Assembly (NCBI RefSeq): GCF_009914755.1
Contig: NC_060940.1
Strand: one strand, 5' to 3'
Source: the human T2T-CHM13v2.0 reference genome, Homo sapiens
DNA length: 64,000 bases
The position numbers and the translations under genes are program-made. The notes beneath the pieces were generated by a model. The model was not told the origin of the DNA. It saw only the letters and a program-made list of their open reading frames with translations, and did not search any database. Numbering within the stretch: position 1 is the first letter of the stretch; each line of letters begins with the position of its first letter. Below, in pieces: positions 48,375 to 61,785 of this stretch.

Positions 48375-48974
48375 GTAAGTAGAAGCATTTTGCTGAACAG
48401 ATTAGATTTTGAAACTACTTTTGCATCCTTTTCAGCCTCTTTGGTCTCCGTCATCAATCACCGGGAATGGTTTTTACCTGAAACTGATCTTGCTGGAGAA
48501 TTAACTGGGTTTGAGGGGAATAAATTTTCCAGAGCACTTGCACAATTTCTATTAGGAAACACTTGGGCCGTATTCCCAGCCTCTGGTACATGGTGTGAGA
48601 GCTGTATTCTGTCCTCTAAAAAAGACCAGGCCCACTTGGTGGACAGATCCGGGGCACAGTGGTTGGTGACAAGGCTGCAAATTGGTCCCTCTGCGCCCTG
48701 GTGTGACGGCCCCAGGTTGTGGGAGCACGTGAAAGAAGTCGAATGTCATTGGGTTGTCTTCCTAGTAAGGACAGGAATGCTTACTGAGTGCTCTGGGGTC
48801 CTGCATCATGGCATTGGGCTTGGAGTCACTGGGGTACATAACCTGGGATGATGGCAGTGAATTCCCGTGTATCCCTCATCTGTCACCCACGAATAACAGT
48901 GGCCAGGAAGTTCCCTGCACAGATACTTCTGAAATCACTCATGCACCGCCTCTCGGCAATGCAATCATGGTGTG

Positions 48975-49285
48975 GTGCATTCCCCAAGTGTGACCTGTTT
49001 GTGTATTGTTGGTGACCTTGGGATGGCACCTTCAAGTGGCACACAGACTGTTGCTGTTTGGTATTCATCATTATGTATTTCATTTTATGATGATTTTCTC
49101 TTTATAGCCATCACTACTAGCTTTCCGTTAATGGCAGTGGTATGAAATTTCCTTCAAAAAAAGTTTAACATAAAGTGAGTTGACTCAAAGACAAAAAATG
49201 ATATGGAAATAACAGAATGGAAATCGTAATGTAGGTATGGTGAGACATTGTGATAGTGGTAAGTGAAAGGCTGAGAGTAAATTCT
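48975..49285. mobile_element. MER113-like hAT-Charlie fossil
   Basis: aagtgagttgactcaaagacaaaaa...gtaggtatgg...gtgatagtggtaagtgaaaggctga resembles a recalled MER113 end. Confidence 0.45.
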
Positions 49286-49304
49286 TTTATCAAAAGATGT
49301 TCAT

Positions 49305-50088
<784 letters not shown>

Positions 50089-50513
50089 CTTGTCTATTCC
50101 CCCAAAATGACTTTCCAGGCTGGATTTTTATAATAAACCTCATTAATGGATCATCTGAAAGTAGTGTTTACCTGTGATGCCAAGAAGAAGAGGAAGAAGA
50201 GGAAAGGGATGATGAAAAATGACAACCACACACCCAACTTTCTTATCCCACTTTTCAGTTGACCAAATGTTTGATCTCTGTTCTTTTAACATCCTCTCAA
50301 TGACTCCGTAAGGTGTGTGCTGTTTTTATCCTCATTTTGTGGCTTAGGAAACCAAAACTCAAAGTAATTGCCCATGGTCACACAGCCTGGACTTACCCTC
50401 TGACCCACCTGCATCAGTGGAGTACCAGGAGTCTTGCAGCTTCACATCAAGTCTGTGAAGTATTCTTCCCATTTTGGATAGATGGAAAAATGATGTATGA
50501 AGCACGAAAGTAT

Positions 50514-51016
50514 TGTATTGGCTGTCTCTTGCCCGTGACAGTTACACTGAACTTAGTGACTTCTAACAGCAGACTTTCATTATCTCACAGTTTCTGTGGG
50601 TCAGGAATCTGGGAGTGGTTTGCTTGGTGGTCTGGCTCAGGGTCCCATGTGAGCTGGGGCTGCTGTCTTCTGAAGGCTGGAGTGGGGCTAGAGGGTCTGC
50701 ACCCAAGGTGTTTCACCTAACAGCTATTGTCAGGAGGCCACAGAGCTGCTTGAGTGTCCTCAGGACATGGTGGATGGTGTCTGCCAGGGTGAGAGATCTG
50801 AGAGATTAAGAGCAAAGTAGAAGCCACATGGGAGGATGGGAGTGAATTCCTGTGTATCCCTTAGATGATGTAGCCTCAGATGTCCTATGCCATCGCCTCT
50901 GCTGTATTCGATCAGTCATACAACGGAATCCTCGGAAGACTGTGGGAGCATACCATACAAGGGCACGAGTACCTGGAGGAGGGATCATGCGGCCATCTTG
51001 GAGTTTGGCCGCCACA
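50514..51016 (-). mobile_element. MLT1 (ERVL-MaLR, MLT1F-like) LTR
   Basis: attatctcacagtttctgtgggtcaggaatctgggag...gggatcatgcggccatcttggagtttggccgccaca. Confidence 0.82.
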
Positions 51017-52144
51017 CTCTTCATAATCTTGAAATAACTATGTCTTGCAGTTCCACCCAGGATGCTTGTAATGTCACACTGAGTCTATGGAAAGAAAACA
51101 AAGATACTAAACACATTTTGCAGATGGGGAAATGAGGCGTGGAGCAGGAAAGTGACTTACTAAAGAGCCTTGATATTGGTGGCACAGAAGCTTTTGAAGG
51201 GAAAGTAGTTGAAAAAGTTAATTGCCCACAATAGGATCAAAGGTGTCTGAGATGGCTCCATTTCCCCAGTGCTTAGAATAGTGCCTATGCCTGCTAGATT
51301 TTTAGCTCTCTTGGGTTGGGTCAGGTATTTCCTGGCCCCCAACCTCACTCATGGAGGCTGATGTGTTCTCTCTAGTGGAAGGGATGATGGTATCCTGCTG
51401 GTTTCTCCTCTGGAGGCTGTAGAGTCTTCTAGGTTTGCAGAGATTCAGGCTGTGAGGATCCAGTTGCCTTAACCTGCTCCTCCATCTCCACCCTCTGACT
51501 GTAGCAGGGCTGCTGAGCTGGGTCCTTCTGGCTGGACTCTCACAGGTCAGCTTCCTGTCTTGCCTTGGAATGTGTCATGGGTAGAAGCAGTCATTTTGAC
51601 GACCTCTACTGGAGGCAGCATATGTTGGCCTGACCATCTCTGGATGGCAGATTGCCTCACATTCACATGTGTCAAAATGTAAAATGTGTTCCATCTTTGG
51701 TCTAGCAATTACACTTCTGGGAATTTGCACCTTGGAGATGATTGTACAAGTGTGAGATGTGTTTGTATATTTATTAAGGAAATGATTGTAGTAGCACAAA
51801 TAATTTTTAAAAAGCTGTACCCTCAATATCCCTCAGTAAGGGATAGTTTAAGTCAATTGTGTATATCCATAAAGTCCAATTCCAAGCTGCTGCTAGGATT
51901 TTGTGGTGAGGATTTATGTTTATTGACTTGGAAAGATGCACATGACATACTGTTGAGTGAGAAATACAGCCTGTATTATATGATTCCAATTGTGTGCAAA
52001 CTGTATTCATAGATCTCCCTTTCTCTGAGTGCAGAGAGATGTCAGAAAGGCAGATGGAAAGTTCAACTAAATTACTGGTTTTTGCATTTTCCTTTAGACC
52101 CTTTTATTTTTTTTCTATAGTGAGCAGTTATTTTCTTTGACAGT

Positions 52145-52270
52145 GGTAGTAATAATATAATATTAGTAATAATGTAGTTGTAATAAATGTAATATAGTAA
52201 GAAGCAGTAGTAGTAATAGTAGTAATAATGTAGTTGTAATAATAGTACTAATACTAGTAATAGTAATAAC
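52145..52270. repeat. (TAA/TAG)n AT-rich simple repeat
   Basis: gtagtaataatataatattagtaataatgtagttgtaata... Confidence 0.85.
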
Positions 52271-52629
52271 TATTTATGAAATTAAGCAGTGTGTTCTGGA
52301 CTGTTAAGAAGGTTTTCCAGGAGAGCTGACGGCATATTCGTTCAAGTTTCATTCTCAGTTGTCATGGAAATGCTGTGTCGTTCCTCTAGAGGAGTGAAAA
52401 TGGGATTTACAAGACTAAATGTGGCCTTTAGATAGACTTTTTGGTCCGTGCCTGCTCCAGAATGCAGAACACTCCAGGCCATGGCATCTCACCGCCCTTC
52501 CTACTCACTGCCCTGTGGCACCAGTCAGCTCTACTTTTTCTGACCTCCACCTGTCTGCTTTGGCACTGTCTCCCAGAAAGGGCTTTCCCTGGATGCAGAA
52601 AGTATATTTTGCCAGCATTCAGAATAAAA

Positions 52630-52850
52630 TAATCATAACAGCTAGCATCTTTGGGAACTAGGAAGTACCTGGCATTGCACCCACCATTTCACAGGCATTG
52701 TATCTTTCTCTACCCAGAGTAGTCCAAGGAGGGAAGACCTATTCAAACTATTTGTTTACAAATGGGGAAACTGAGGCTCAGAAGGGCATGGCTTGCACAG
52801 TCTCATAGCTAATGGGGAAGCAGTCTGAAATTCAGACCCAGATTGGGCTG
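52630..52850 (-). mobile_element. MIR
   Basis: tttacaaatggggaaactgaggctcagaagg...gaaattcagacccag. Confidence 0.75.
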
Positions 52851-53351
52851 TTTCCCATGCTGCATTGAGCTGAGGGGAAGGCCAGCAGGTTCTTTTTGGT
52901 GATGCAGGGAGCATTTCTGGGAACCTGTGTCTTAGATGCAAAGTTAATTCCAGAGTCATCAGGTAACATAAAAATTACACCTGGTCAATTACTTGTGCAA
53001 GTCCTGTTGGAGACCAATCTTTCTGCCCCTCGATACATCAAATACAGCCACACTTTCCTTGATTATTAGAAAAAATGAGGGTCTTTGCTTAGATGCCAGA
53101 TGAAGTGATTGTGTTGAGGTGGCATGGTGGATGAATGAAACATACCTGTCTTTAAACATTGCAGTCATCTGTGATCATGTGGCCACAAGATGGAGAGGCA
53201 CTTGGGAATGAGACTGAGAAACTTGCAGGTACATGTTTCCTTTTGGGTTCACTCTGGAGCAAATGCATCCTGAACTCGTGGAAGTGATGCTGTCCAGCGT
53301 AAGAACCGCACTATTATTTTTTCTCTCTTTCTTGATATAGTAGAAACTATA

Positions 53352-53512
53352 CCCTCCTATACCCAAGGCAGACATTACTAAGCAATGGTGTCATTCTCCC
53401 CTCCTATACCCAAGGCAGACATTAGTAATCAATGGTGCCATTTCCCCCTTCTATACTCAAGGCAGACATTACTAATCAATGGTGTCACTCTCCCCTTCTA
53501 TAGCCAAGGCAG
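53352..53512 (+). repeat. 47-bp minisatellite array A, 3.4 units
   Basis: Unit ccctYctatacccaaggcagacattactaatcaatggtgYcaYtctc starts at 53352, 53399, 53446, 53493. Confidence 0.95.
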
Positions 53513-53619
53513 TAAGCATAGTGCAGTTAAGTGGAAGAACCCAAATTTTTACTTTGTTCTGCCTCATTCCAGAGCCATATTTCAAAACCCCTGTATTTTT
53601 CTGTAATAAGAATACAAAA

Positions 53620-54105
53620 AATTCATTTTTTATGCGTGCTTAAGAGACTAAGTGGCTTCAAACAACACCTGTCTACCATCTTATTGCTTCGATTGGTCAT
53701 AGGTCTGGACACAGCTGAACTGGGTTCTCTGCTTAGGTTCTCACCAAGCTGCAGGCAAGGGAGTTGGCAGGAGCTGGGAGTTTCATCTGGAGCTCAGGGT
53801 CCCTTTGCAATGTCACTGGTTGTTGGAATAATTCAATTTCTTGTGGCTGTAAGATGCAGGCCCTCAGACCCTAGAGGCCACCTACGGTTCCCTGCCACAT
53901 GGCCCTCTCCACAGGCAGTTTACAATGTGACAGTGTGCTTTTCCCGGGAGTGTCTCTCTAGTGCATGTTAGCAACATGGAGTCTTGTGTACACATGTCCC
54001 AACATAATCATGGCATGCCCATCATCTTTTCTATTGGTTAGAAGTAACTCGTGGGTCCTGCCTACATGCTACTGATCATGGGGCCGCACTGAGGTCTGTC
54101 CATGC
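53620..54105 (-). mobile_element. MLT1 (ERVL-MaLR, MLT1E-like) LTR
   Basis: agtggcttcaaacaacac...ggttgttggaataattcaatttcttgtggctgtaag...gccacatggccctctcca...ctattggttagaagtaactc. Confidence 0.75.
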
Positions 54106-54863
54106 TGATACAGTCCCGAGATGAGTCTGGATTTCTCCTCTTCTTGGGGCCAAGTGTGCTGCTATTTCTCTCCAGCATTTTCCCTTTTTCTTGCAGAAAA
54201 GGGGCTCATGGGCCCCCCGGGAACCAGACCACTTCAGTGTTTGACCCTCCAGACTTCCTTATCCCCTAGTCATCTGGACGTCTTAACTTCCTGCCCATGT
54301 CACCTCTGTAGGACGTCCCCTGCTGCAGTCTCAGCAAATGAATATTTGATGGAATGCTGCCACCTTTTGGAATTTAGCAAAAGTGATCTGTGTTGTTCAG
54401 AGGGATGGAAGTGAAACTCCTGTTCCCTTCTCTACAGCCCGCGCACACACACCCACTCACCCGGCCTTCATTTCCGCTGAGCATTGACTCAGGTTTGACG
54501 CCAGTTTGAGGCAGGTTTGCTTGTCCTTTCTGCTCTGGCTTCTAGTTGCTGTGAGTGGTGACAGGCTTGTTCCCTGTTTTACCCTCCAAGGTGCAGCAGA
54601 ATGTTGAAGAAAGAGATGGGGCAGATTGGACTGGATTTCATCTCTGATTCCACCACCAACTCTCCAAGGACTTTGGCTTCCGTGTCTGTGAAATGAGGGT
54701 TTCTCAGGCTCTTTCTGCTCTCACGTCCCTGATCCCAGGTTATGATGCCTGTAACCATGTATGGAGAGTAGGTAACCCCTCATTTATAGACGGCAGTCAG
54801 ATGGGAGTGGAGGTTAGACCCAGTCCCAGGTCAAGGATGCCAAGGCTATATCTGTACTCAGTA

Positions 54864-55287
54864 GGGAAGAGTGGTGCCATTGATGAGTAATAGGAGGGGA
54901 CAGTGGTGCCACTGATGATTAATGATTAATGTCTGCCTTTGGTATAGGAGGGCAGAGTGGTGCCATTGATTAGTAATGTCTGCCATGGGTCTGGGAGGGG
55001 AGAGTGGTGCCACTGATGAGTAATGTCTGCCTTGGGTCTAGGAGGGGAGAGTGGTGCCATTGATGAGTAAGTCTGCCTTGAGTCTAGGAGGGGAGAGTGT
55101 TGTCCTTGATGAGTAATGTCTACCTCAGGTCTAGGAGGGGAGAGTAGGGCCATTAATTTAATAATGTCTGCCTTGGGTACAGGAATGGAGAGTGGCACCA
55201 TTGATTAGTAATGTCTTCCTTGGTATAGGCGAGAAGAATGGTACTCTTGAATGGTAATGTCTGCCTTGAGAACAGGAGGGGAGAGTG
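54864..55287 (-). repeat. 47-bp minisatellite array B, ~9 units, inverted relative to array A; probably within a MER102 fossil
   Basis: Plus-strand unit gagagtggtgccattgatgagtaatgtctgccttgggtctaggaggg is close to the reverse complement of the array A unit; starts near 54868 (short), 54900, 54954, 55001, 55048, 55094, 55141, 55189, 55235. Confidence 0.95.
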
Positions 55288-55989
55288 CCAACACAGATGC
55301 TGTCCCAACTCCAGGTGTCTCATAGAGACTTGTAGCAGCCATCATGGAACCCATAAGCTGGCCCACCTTTCCCATTGCTTCTCTTTCTGTATATTCACAG
55401 GCATAGCTTTCCTCCCTCTTCCCTGGCATCCTTGGCATTTTCCTGTCTTACTCTCAATCTGAAGTTAGCAGAGGTTGCCCGTGGCATGTCTCTAGTTGAC
55501 CCACTGTCTGATCAGTTCACTTGCTGAACCATGGCTCCTCCTTTCTGACATATTTCAGCAGCTCTCTGTGATGTGAGAGTAGAGAGCAAGGTCCTGTGAT
55601 TTCATACTTGGCATTGGGATACTATCTGGTGGCTTCTCCAACCTTATCTGCTACTCTCCTCCCACCCTGTCCTCCAGTGTCCATGCCCCATGTTCCCTGA
55701 CTGCAGACCTTTGCTTAGGCTATCCTTTCTGCTTGAATTCTCCCCTCAGATCTGACCATCCAAATTCCTAACCATTCATCCATAGTCATCAGAAAAGCCT
55801 TGTTCAGAGATTCTTCCTAAGTCACTCTGGTTGTGTTGCTCTCCAACCACAAAATGCCCTCCACCCTCATTCCTCCCTCCCTTCCTTCCTCACCTTCTCT
55901 CTCACTCACCTCCTCTCTCCCTCACTTCTCATCTCTTCCTCATTCCACCCCCAACTCCCTAAATTATATCACAGTCACTGCTAAGAGTT

Positions 55990-56460
55990 GGAAGGTATGC
56001 ATATGAATAAGACTCAAACCGTGCCCTCAAAGCGCTTGCAGTCTGTGAGGAGGACACAGGATGAATAAGAAGTAGCCCATAACTGAGGCACAATCTGATT
56101 GCTTTGTAGTGTAGGAAGAATATAAAGTTGAGTGGTAGTGCAAACAGGTAGGGAAGGCTTCACAGAGGAGGTGATACATAGAGTCTTGAAGGACAAGTGG
56201 GAGTCGTAACACTGATTGCAGGAGATGGGGGGCTCCAGGTAGAAGGAACAGAATCATCAGAAACATGGGCATGAACTTGGGTCTGTTATAGTCTGGAAGA
56301 GGGGATGTCAGGGGTTGGCGGGAGAAGCAGGCATGCCCCAGTGCTCCATAGTAGTTAAGAAATTGAGTTTTTGCTGTGATCAGTGTGTGGCCACTGAAAG
56401 GTTTTAAGCTGGTGATTGTCTGGATCCAATTTGCATTTTAGAAAGATCTCCCTGGGACCT
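55990..56460 (-). mobile_element. L2 remnant
   Basis: agggaaggcttcacagaggaggtgata...gtcttgaagga; gccactgaaaggttttaagc...atttgcattttagaaagatc. Confidence 0.7.
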
Positions 56461-57179
56461 GGCTTAGGAGGCTGGGAGGCCTTGGTCCCTCCTGGGCATT
56501 TTTCACTATGTCTCCTCACTGGAGTGGGCTGGGGAGCAGAGGGGTCACCAGCTCTACGCCCAGACTCCTGGGCACGCTCTACTTCTCACTGCTAATGTGC
56601 CTTCTACAGCGTCTGCTCGGCAGAAAACCAAGTGTGCGGACGAGATAACGGCATTAGGAGCAGGAGGACAAAGCTGATACTCGGGGCAGTGAGACATGGA
56701 GGCTTAAATTCTTTCCCTTCAAAATATCACCCGTGATGTTGGCCACATGGTTCTGATTAAAGGAAGTTGGACTTGCTGGGACGAAATGCTAAGTGGCACT
56801 CTTGACCTCAGGCACAGATAGCGCAGGGTCTGCCATTTCTCTCTGTTGCTTTCTGCCAGATAAGAGGGGAAATCTATTTAGTGATTTCCCCTAATCTCTG
56901 AGGATGGCTGTGCCCCCTGGAGTCACGGTGATGATACTGACGGGTTTCAATGTTGGCATTGAACTACGGATGGGGAGTGAAGGTCTTTTCTCCTTCCTAT
57001 CTCCTGATGGGGTGCCTAAAATACAGTAGGTGCTTAGTAAGGCTTGTTCTTGAAATGAGTGAATGAAAGTGTCAGCTCTGTTGATGTAAACTGTCCCAGA
57101 AGGCTCCCTCATACTTCTCTCTGTCGACACTACCTGCCCCAATCTGAGGTCACTGCCTTTCCAATTCCACTGGGCTCAT

Positions 57180-57570
57180 TTCTGAAATCTCTATAAATGG
57201 ACCCCTGCAGTCCATATGTATCTGCCTTCTTTCCCTCAAAAGCATCCCTAGGAGAATCACCTATGCTACTGTATGTACCACTAGCTACTCTTTTTAATGG
57301 CTGGACAGGATTTCATTGTATGATTGGACCATAATGTATCCATTCTCCCATGGATGAGCATTGGGGTTGTTTGTAGTTTGGGGCTATGTGCACTCGTGCA
57401 CCTGTTGTTTGGTGGACGCAGGTACTCATTTATCTGGGGAATATACCTAGGAGTGTGTCTCTTTGGTCACAGAATAGGCACATGTTTAATTTGAGTAGCT
57501 ACTGTCCAAAAGTTGCCCAAAGTGGTTGTTCCAGTGCTCATTCCCACCAGCAATGACTATGAATCCCACT
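57180..57570 (-). mobile_element. Old L1M remnant
   Basis: ccattctcccatggatgagcattggggttgtttgtagtttggggcta...atatacctaggagtg...cattcccaccagcaatg. Confidence 0.75.
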
Positions 57571-57849
57571 TGGGAGCTCATTGTCTGAGCGCATATCTTG
57601 TGAATTGTCATAACACCCCGGGGGCAAGTGTGGTTGTTGTTACCCTCACTTCACGGAGGGGCACTTTGAGTCTCAGCTGACTGGGTCAGTGTTGCAAGGG
57701 TGTAGGACGGGAACCAAGGGCTCTGTTTCCGTAACAGCAGCAGCCGCCTGAGCAGTCATAGCATACCATGATTCTGGGAAGCTCTGGAGGTGTGGGTGTC
57801 CACACGTGGCCACATGATGAAGGGGCAATATGGCAAAGTGGTTCTGTGC

Positions 57850-58060
57850 ATGGCTGGGAACCAGGCTGCAGCCTTGAGTCCCAGCCCTGCCACCTATTTG
57901 TTGTGGAAGCCTGGGCCAGTGGCTTGACTTCTCTGTGCCTGTAACTTTTCTCATCTGTAACACAGAGTTGATAAATCAAATTGTTATGAGGATTCAACGA
58001 GTTAATATAGGTAAAGCCTTAGGAGAGAGCACTAGAGAAGGTTTAATTATTATTATTGAT
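57850..58060 (+). mobile_element. MIR
   Basis: gagtcccagccctgccacct...cttctctgtgcctg...tctcatctgtaa...gttatgaggattcaacgagttaat. Confidence 0.75.
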
Positions 58061-59699
58061 TATTTCAGCTCTGTCCAGTTTGAGTGCTGGAGTTGTCTGT
58101 TACAAGGCTGCAAGCCCTGTAATAGTTGTAGGGCTAACAGTTGTGAGATACACTGCTTAACTCTCCCTCCCATCCCGTATCCTCTGAAGGTAGCTGGCTT
58201 TCCTGATGTAATCCAGAATCTAATTTTGAGCCCTGATCATTGGTTTCACAAAGCCTGCTGGGGTGCAGTCCGAGTGGTCCCTTCTGAAATGCATCTCTGC
58301 TCTTTAGTGCCCCTAATAAGAAATGCAGTCTGTTTGCTCAAGGTTTTACCCTTTACAGAAATGGTCAGACTCCTTTCTTCCCCCCATATCCATTTCGCCA
58401 ATCCATGCCAAATATTGATGTTTGATAACTACAAATATCACACATAGCTTTTAATCAAGAAAGACGGAAGGAAGATAAGGGGAGCAAATACATCTCTGTA
58501 AGGGAGTTCAATATTCTCAGTAATGATTTTGCTAAGAAATAAAATTATTGGAGGGAGGGGAGAGGGCTCTGTGCTGTGTATCGAAATGGGCCGAACCACC
58601 TGAAACTACCTGGGGCCTTCTTCCAAACTCCCATGGCTTGCTTTTAAGTTATGTATTCATTACCCGAATTGGTAGATGCTATCTCATTTTACAGAAAGGA
58701 GAGCTGTATTTTAAATGTGAATTTCCAATACGCCATCAATCTATCCCATTACCAGCAAAACCCATCCAGCCATCTTACATTCTCTGTCGCTTGTCTGAGA
58801 CAGGAGTGGAATGTGAATGCCTGTCACCTTCCACTCTAGGGAAAAGTCAGCCTGCTGGGGGCAGAGGAGAGGTCAGCTTCCAGGCTTTTATTCAAGAAGG
58901 CTATTTCCTTCTTGTGGAGACAAAGGGCAGGATCGTCCTGGAGTAGTGGCAGGTGTCAAGCATGTAGAGATGTCCACCGTGTCAGCGAAGGTTGACCCAG
59001 CGTCACTCCAGGCCAGAGCCTGGCCAAACCAAATGGGACCCTGTGACCTGCATCCAAACCCTCATGTACAAGGCAGCCCCCAGTGTCCTGGTACATTTCA
59101 GCTTGACTGTTTTTCGTGGTCCTCATGCCTTGTGTCCTTTACACATGCTGTTCCCCTGACCACAAATGCTTTTCCCTAAGACTTGTTAATCTCATAATAT
59201 TTTTTATCGGCCACCTACTTTGTGCAGAGCACTGTTCTAGGAGCTGCGGAGAGGGTAGGTGGGGGTGGGGAGCAGAGGACTGTGCAGAGACGGTGGGGGC
59301 GGGGTGGAAGACAAAACCGACATCAGCATAATTTGTACTCTTACCTTCTTTGAGTTTTTATTCAAATATTATCTTCTCTGCAACGTTTTCCTTGATGGCT
59401 TTATTTAAATGTCTAAGCCCTGCTTAGCACCCTTCTTCTTTTCTTTGCTTTGATGCTCACACAACACTGAGCACCACCCACTGACATCCAGTGTATTTTA
59501 CTTACTTGCCGGCTTGCTGTACCTCCTGCCACTGGGAGGGCAGGGAGTTTTCTGAATTTCCAATATGCCAGCAGTCTGTCCCGTTACCATCAGTCTGTCC
59601 CATTACCAGTGTTTTGCTCATTCTTGTATCCCCAGCACCTATGCCTGTGCCTGCATGTAATAGACTCTCAGTCGCTACTTGTTGAAAGACTAGTGAGCA

Positions 59700-59870
59700 G
59701 CTGCTGTACACTCGCTATGTACTAGGCCCATGTTTTATTCACATAGCTTCATGTGATTGTCAGAGTGTCTCACGGGGTTCTGTTGTCCCCGTTTAACAGA
59801 AGAGCAAGTTGATGCCTCGTGAGGCAAGGGAACTTCCCAAGGTCACACAGCTAGGAAAGGGAACAGGGAC
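59700..59870 (-). mobile_element. MIR
   Basis: ccccgtttaacagaagagcaagttga...aacttcccaaggtcacacagctag. Confidence 0.7.
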
Positions 59871-59964
59871 ATGGGTATAGGCAGGATGGCGGTTTACCTA
59901 AAACTGTGGTCTTGGCAGGGGTATTAAAAACACCGCAACGTACAAAGTTGAAAAGTAAAAATTA

Positions 59965-60317
<353 letters not shown>

Positions 60318-61029
60318 TCAGATCCCTCTAGTCCCTGGCTGGCTGAGCATTTTAACACTCAAGTTGTGGGCTGTGGTTCTCAGGCTAAAATCCAAACTCC
60401 TTGACACAGCTTACAGAGCATCCTACGATGTGGCCTCTGTGTCTCTCTACAGCCTAGTCTGTTTCCATATCTCCCCAGCAGACAACTAGAGCATCATCCA
60501 CATCCTTAGGTGTGGCGTGCTTTCTCTCTGACCCACATGTGCTCTGTTGGCAACATCTCCATCCCGAATCCACCCAGTCTCCCTGCCTGCCTTCCCCTGA
60601 AATCTTGGGTTCATCTTTAAGGTACTGCCTTACCTAGGGCAGGTTCTTACTCACCTGTCTGGGTTGGTTTGGCAGTGGGTTTCATGGACCCCAGGCTCCA
60701 CTTACTTCCTTCATCAAAGTGTCGATCACTCTGTATTCTAATTTGTTCTCTCATCTCCTTTCTCATTTCTGACACATCTAGTTTGACAGCTCACTGCAAC
60801 GCCAGCATCACCTCAGTGCCTGCACGTGTAAGAGCACAGAAAGCCTAACAGAACGAATGAATGACTTGGTGGACCTGCCTCCCTACCAGCGTTGTTGCTG
60901 CTGTGTTCCTTGGCTCCTACACTGGCTTTTCTCTTCTTCAGTAGCCTTTTGCTTTGCACTTCTGTGTACTCAACTTCTTTCAACTGATAAAAATGATCAA
61001 TTTTATAAACCAGTATCAACAAAAACTAG

Positions 61030-61785
61030 TGATTCACCTATCCATCTGTTCATCCAGCCACTCTCCTATCCATCCCTCCATCTACTCTCTCATCCATCCA
61101 TCCACCCACTCCCCCACCCACTCTCCCATCCATCCATCTATCCATCCATCCATCCATCCATCCATCCATCCATCCATCCATCCATTCACCCTTCCTTTCA
61201 GTCTCCCATCCATCCATCCATCCATCCACCCACCCACCCACCCACCCACCCATTCATCTACTCTCCCGTCACTCAGCTACTGTGTGCAGTAGCTCATATC
61301 TGTAATCCCTGCACTTTGTAAGGCCAAGGGAGGAGGATCACTTGAGGACAGCAATTAGACAAGCCTGGGCAACACAGTGAGACCCCATCTGTACAAAAAA
61401 TAAAATAAAAATAGCCAGATGTAGTAGCATGCACCTGTGGTCCCAGCTACTTGGGAGGCTGGGATGGAAATATTACTTGATCCATCTCTCCATCTAGTCT
61501 CCCACCCACCTACTCTCCCATCCATCCCATTCATTCATTCATTCATTCATCTACTCTCCCATAATTCCTCCCATCCATACGTCTACTCTCCCACCTACCC
61601 ACCCATTCTCCCACCCATCCATTCATTCATTCTCCCCTCCACTCTCATTCATTCATTCATTCATCTACTCTCCCATCAGTTCTCCCATCCATCCATCTAC
61701 TCTCCCAGTCACTCTCCCATCCACCCACCCACCCACTTTCCCATCTACTCATCCACCTATCCACCACTCCATCTGTCCATCCATG
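61030..61785. repeat. (CCAT)n/(CATT)n/(CCCA)n compound simple repeat containing an Alu fragment
   Basis: Extended catc/ccat/cattc runs at 61030-61270 and 61480-61785. Confidence 0.92.
61278..61480 (+). mobile_element. 3'-truncated AluJ-like fragment
   Basis: Left arm, linker and right arm up to gaaatattacttga; no 3' end or poly-A. Confidence 0.85.

Noticed and set aside
53352-55287. CRISPR-like interpretation of the 47-bp arrays (also the 24-bp array at 9643-9802)
   Set aside because: Units are contiguous with no unique spacers, there are no cas genes, and the DNA is primate.
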